Of a DNA stretch of 19,019 bases, positions 17,832 to 19,019 are shown piece by piece (within the stretch, counting starts at the first letter, position 1; the number at the start of each line of letters is the position of its first letter). The DNA is taken from positions 1 through 19,019 of the forward strand of contig JBEPZX010000022.1 of NCBI GenBank assembly GCA_041640635.1, given 5' to 3'. Under the pieces are notes generated by a model that had not been told where the DNA came from, searched no databases, and saw only the letters and a program-made list of their open reading frames with translations. The DNA comes from Aquificaceae bacterium (lineage in GTDB: Bacteria; Aquificota; Aquificia; Aquificales; Aquificaceae). Both the position numbers and the translations under genes were made by a program.

Positions 17832-18067
17832 AATACTTACTTTACTTTTTAGCTTACATTTCTTTTGGTGTGGGACTTTTGGGAGTTTTTCTACCGTTAG
17901 TTCCAACTGTTCCTCTTTTTCTACTTGGAATTTACCTGATCTCTAAGGTATCCAAAAAGAATGTGGTGAAGATAAAGAAAATCCCATTTATTGGCAGAAG
18001 GGCATACTACATATTAAAAAAGTACAAAACTAGAAAACGTTCAAATGCATTTAAGATAGTGCATTAA
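17828..18067 (+). CDS. YbaN/DUF454-like small membrane protein
   Basis: GLLGVFLPLVPTVPLFLL motif; ATGA overlap with rlmB. Confidence 0.7.
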   Translation: MKYLLYFLAYISFGVGLLGVFLPLVPTVPLFLLGIYLISKVSKKNVVKIKKIPFIGRRAYYILKKYKTRKRSNAFKIVH

Positions 18068-19019
18068 CAAGCTTTTTGTATTTTTCAAATTCCTCTGGAA
18101 ATTTATCCATAGCCTGTTTTATGAGCCTTCCAGCAACGGCGCCTAGTCCGCAAATGGAAGTTGGCTGGATGTATTTATTTATAAATAAGAAACCCTCCCA
18201 GTCTTTTTCTGTTGCCTCACCGTTTATTATCCTTTTTAGCATGTTCTTTTGTTCGTATGTTCCTACTCTGCAAGGCGTGCATTGTCCACAGCTTTCATGA
18301 GAATAAAATTCTGCTACTTTAAAGCAAGCTTTAACTATATCATCTTCCTCCGTCAAAACTATAACGGTTCCTGTGCCACCAAAACCAAAAGGAGAGTAAT
18401 CCATAGGTGTATCTAATTCCTCTGCAGAGAAGCAATCTAAAGCTCCAGAAAAAACAGCCTTGACTTTTTTGTTACCGATAGTTCCCCCAGCGTATTTGAA
18501 TATTACTTCTCTTAAAGTAGTGTTCATAGGAAGCTCGTATACGCCTGGTTTTTTAACCTTCCCACTTATTGGAAAGAGTTTGGGACCCGGATAATCACTA
18601 GGACCTATATAAAGATAGTTTTCCCAGCCTAAGGAAATAATGAAAGGTATATTACATAAAGTTTCTACATTGTTGACAACTGTTGGCTTACCAAAGAGCC
18701 CAACTTGTACAGGGTAAGGTGGCTTTATTCTGGGCATTCCCCTTTTGCCTTCCAATGACTCAATTAAAGCACTTTCCTCTCCACATATGTAAGCACCTGC
18801 ACCTCTAGCTACGTAAATTTCTAAATCAAAACCGCTACCTAATATGTTTTTACCTAAAAAGCCTTTGGCTTTGGCTTCTTCTATGGCATCTTTTAGCATA
18901 TAATAGCCAGCAGGATACTCTCCCCTTATGTATATGAAGGCTTCGTTTGCACCTATTGCGTAAGCGGATATTATCATACCCTCTATTAGCAAATGTGGAT
19001 CCCTCTCTATTAGGATCCT
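18051..19019 (-). CDS. nuoF: NADH-quinone oxidoreductase subunit F, 3' part; runs off the right edge
   Basis: YIRGEY, GAGAYICGEESALIESLEG and the ESCGQCTPCRVG...CGLG Fe-S motif. The frame stays open to the window end (RILIERDPHLLIEGM). Confidence 0.95.
   Translation of the reverse strand, partial: RILIERDPHLLIEGMIISAYAIGANEAFIYIRGEYPAGYYMLKDAIEEAKAKGFLGKNILGSGFDLEIYVARGAGAYICGEESALIESLEGKRGMPRIKPPYPVQVGLFGKPTVVNNVETLCNIPFIISLGWENYLYIGPSDYPGPKLFPISGKVKKPGVYELPMNTTLREVIFKYAGGTIGNKKVKAVFSGALDCFSAEELDTPMDYSPFGFGGTGTVIVLTEEDDIVKACFKVAEFYSHESCGQCTPCRVGTYEQKNMLKRIINGEATEKDWEGFLFINKYIQPTSICGLGAVAGRLIKQAMDKFPEEFEKYKKLVNALS

Overview
Bacterial chromosomal window, most likely from the Aquificota (Aquificaceae-like). 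This assignment is from protein similarity recognised by eye: a stand-alone Trbp111-type tRNA-binding protein plus Aquifex-like GatA and NuoF. Most of the window is housekeeping: eno (partial), leuA, cmk, a Crp/Fnr regulator, an M29-type aminopeptidase, an MlaD/MCE protein, gatA, tsaB, trbp111, DUF2892, a rhomboid protease, MscS, a YbjQ-domain membrane protein, mnmA, rlmB, a YbaN-like protein and nuoF (partial). The accessory part is a ~4.6 kb minus-strand tandem array (3319-7900) of eight type IV pilin genes or fragments, called P1-P8 in transcription order. P1 and P2 are a 652-bp tandem duplicate, each with its own sigma70 promoter, 5' hairpin and terminator. P3 and P6 are intact. P5 and P8 have lost the start codon, P7 is frameshifted by a 5-bp tandem duplication, and P4 is only a C-terminal fragment. 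The members are DNA mosaics of one another. The arrangement resembles an expressed-plus-silent-cassette pilin variation locus (analogous to Neisseria pilE/pilS), but ordinary duplication and decay cannot be excluded from one sequence. Several housekeeping genes also appear to be leaderless.
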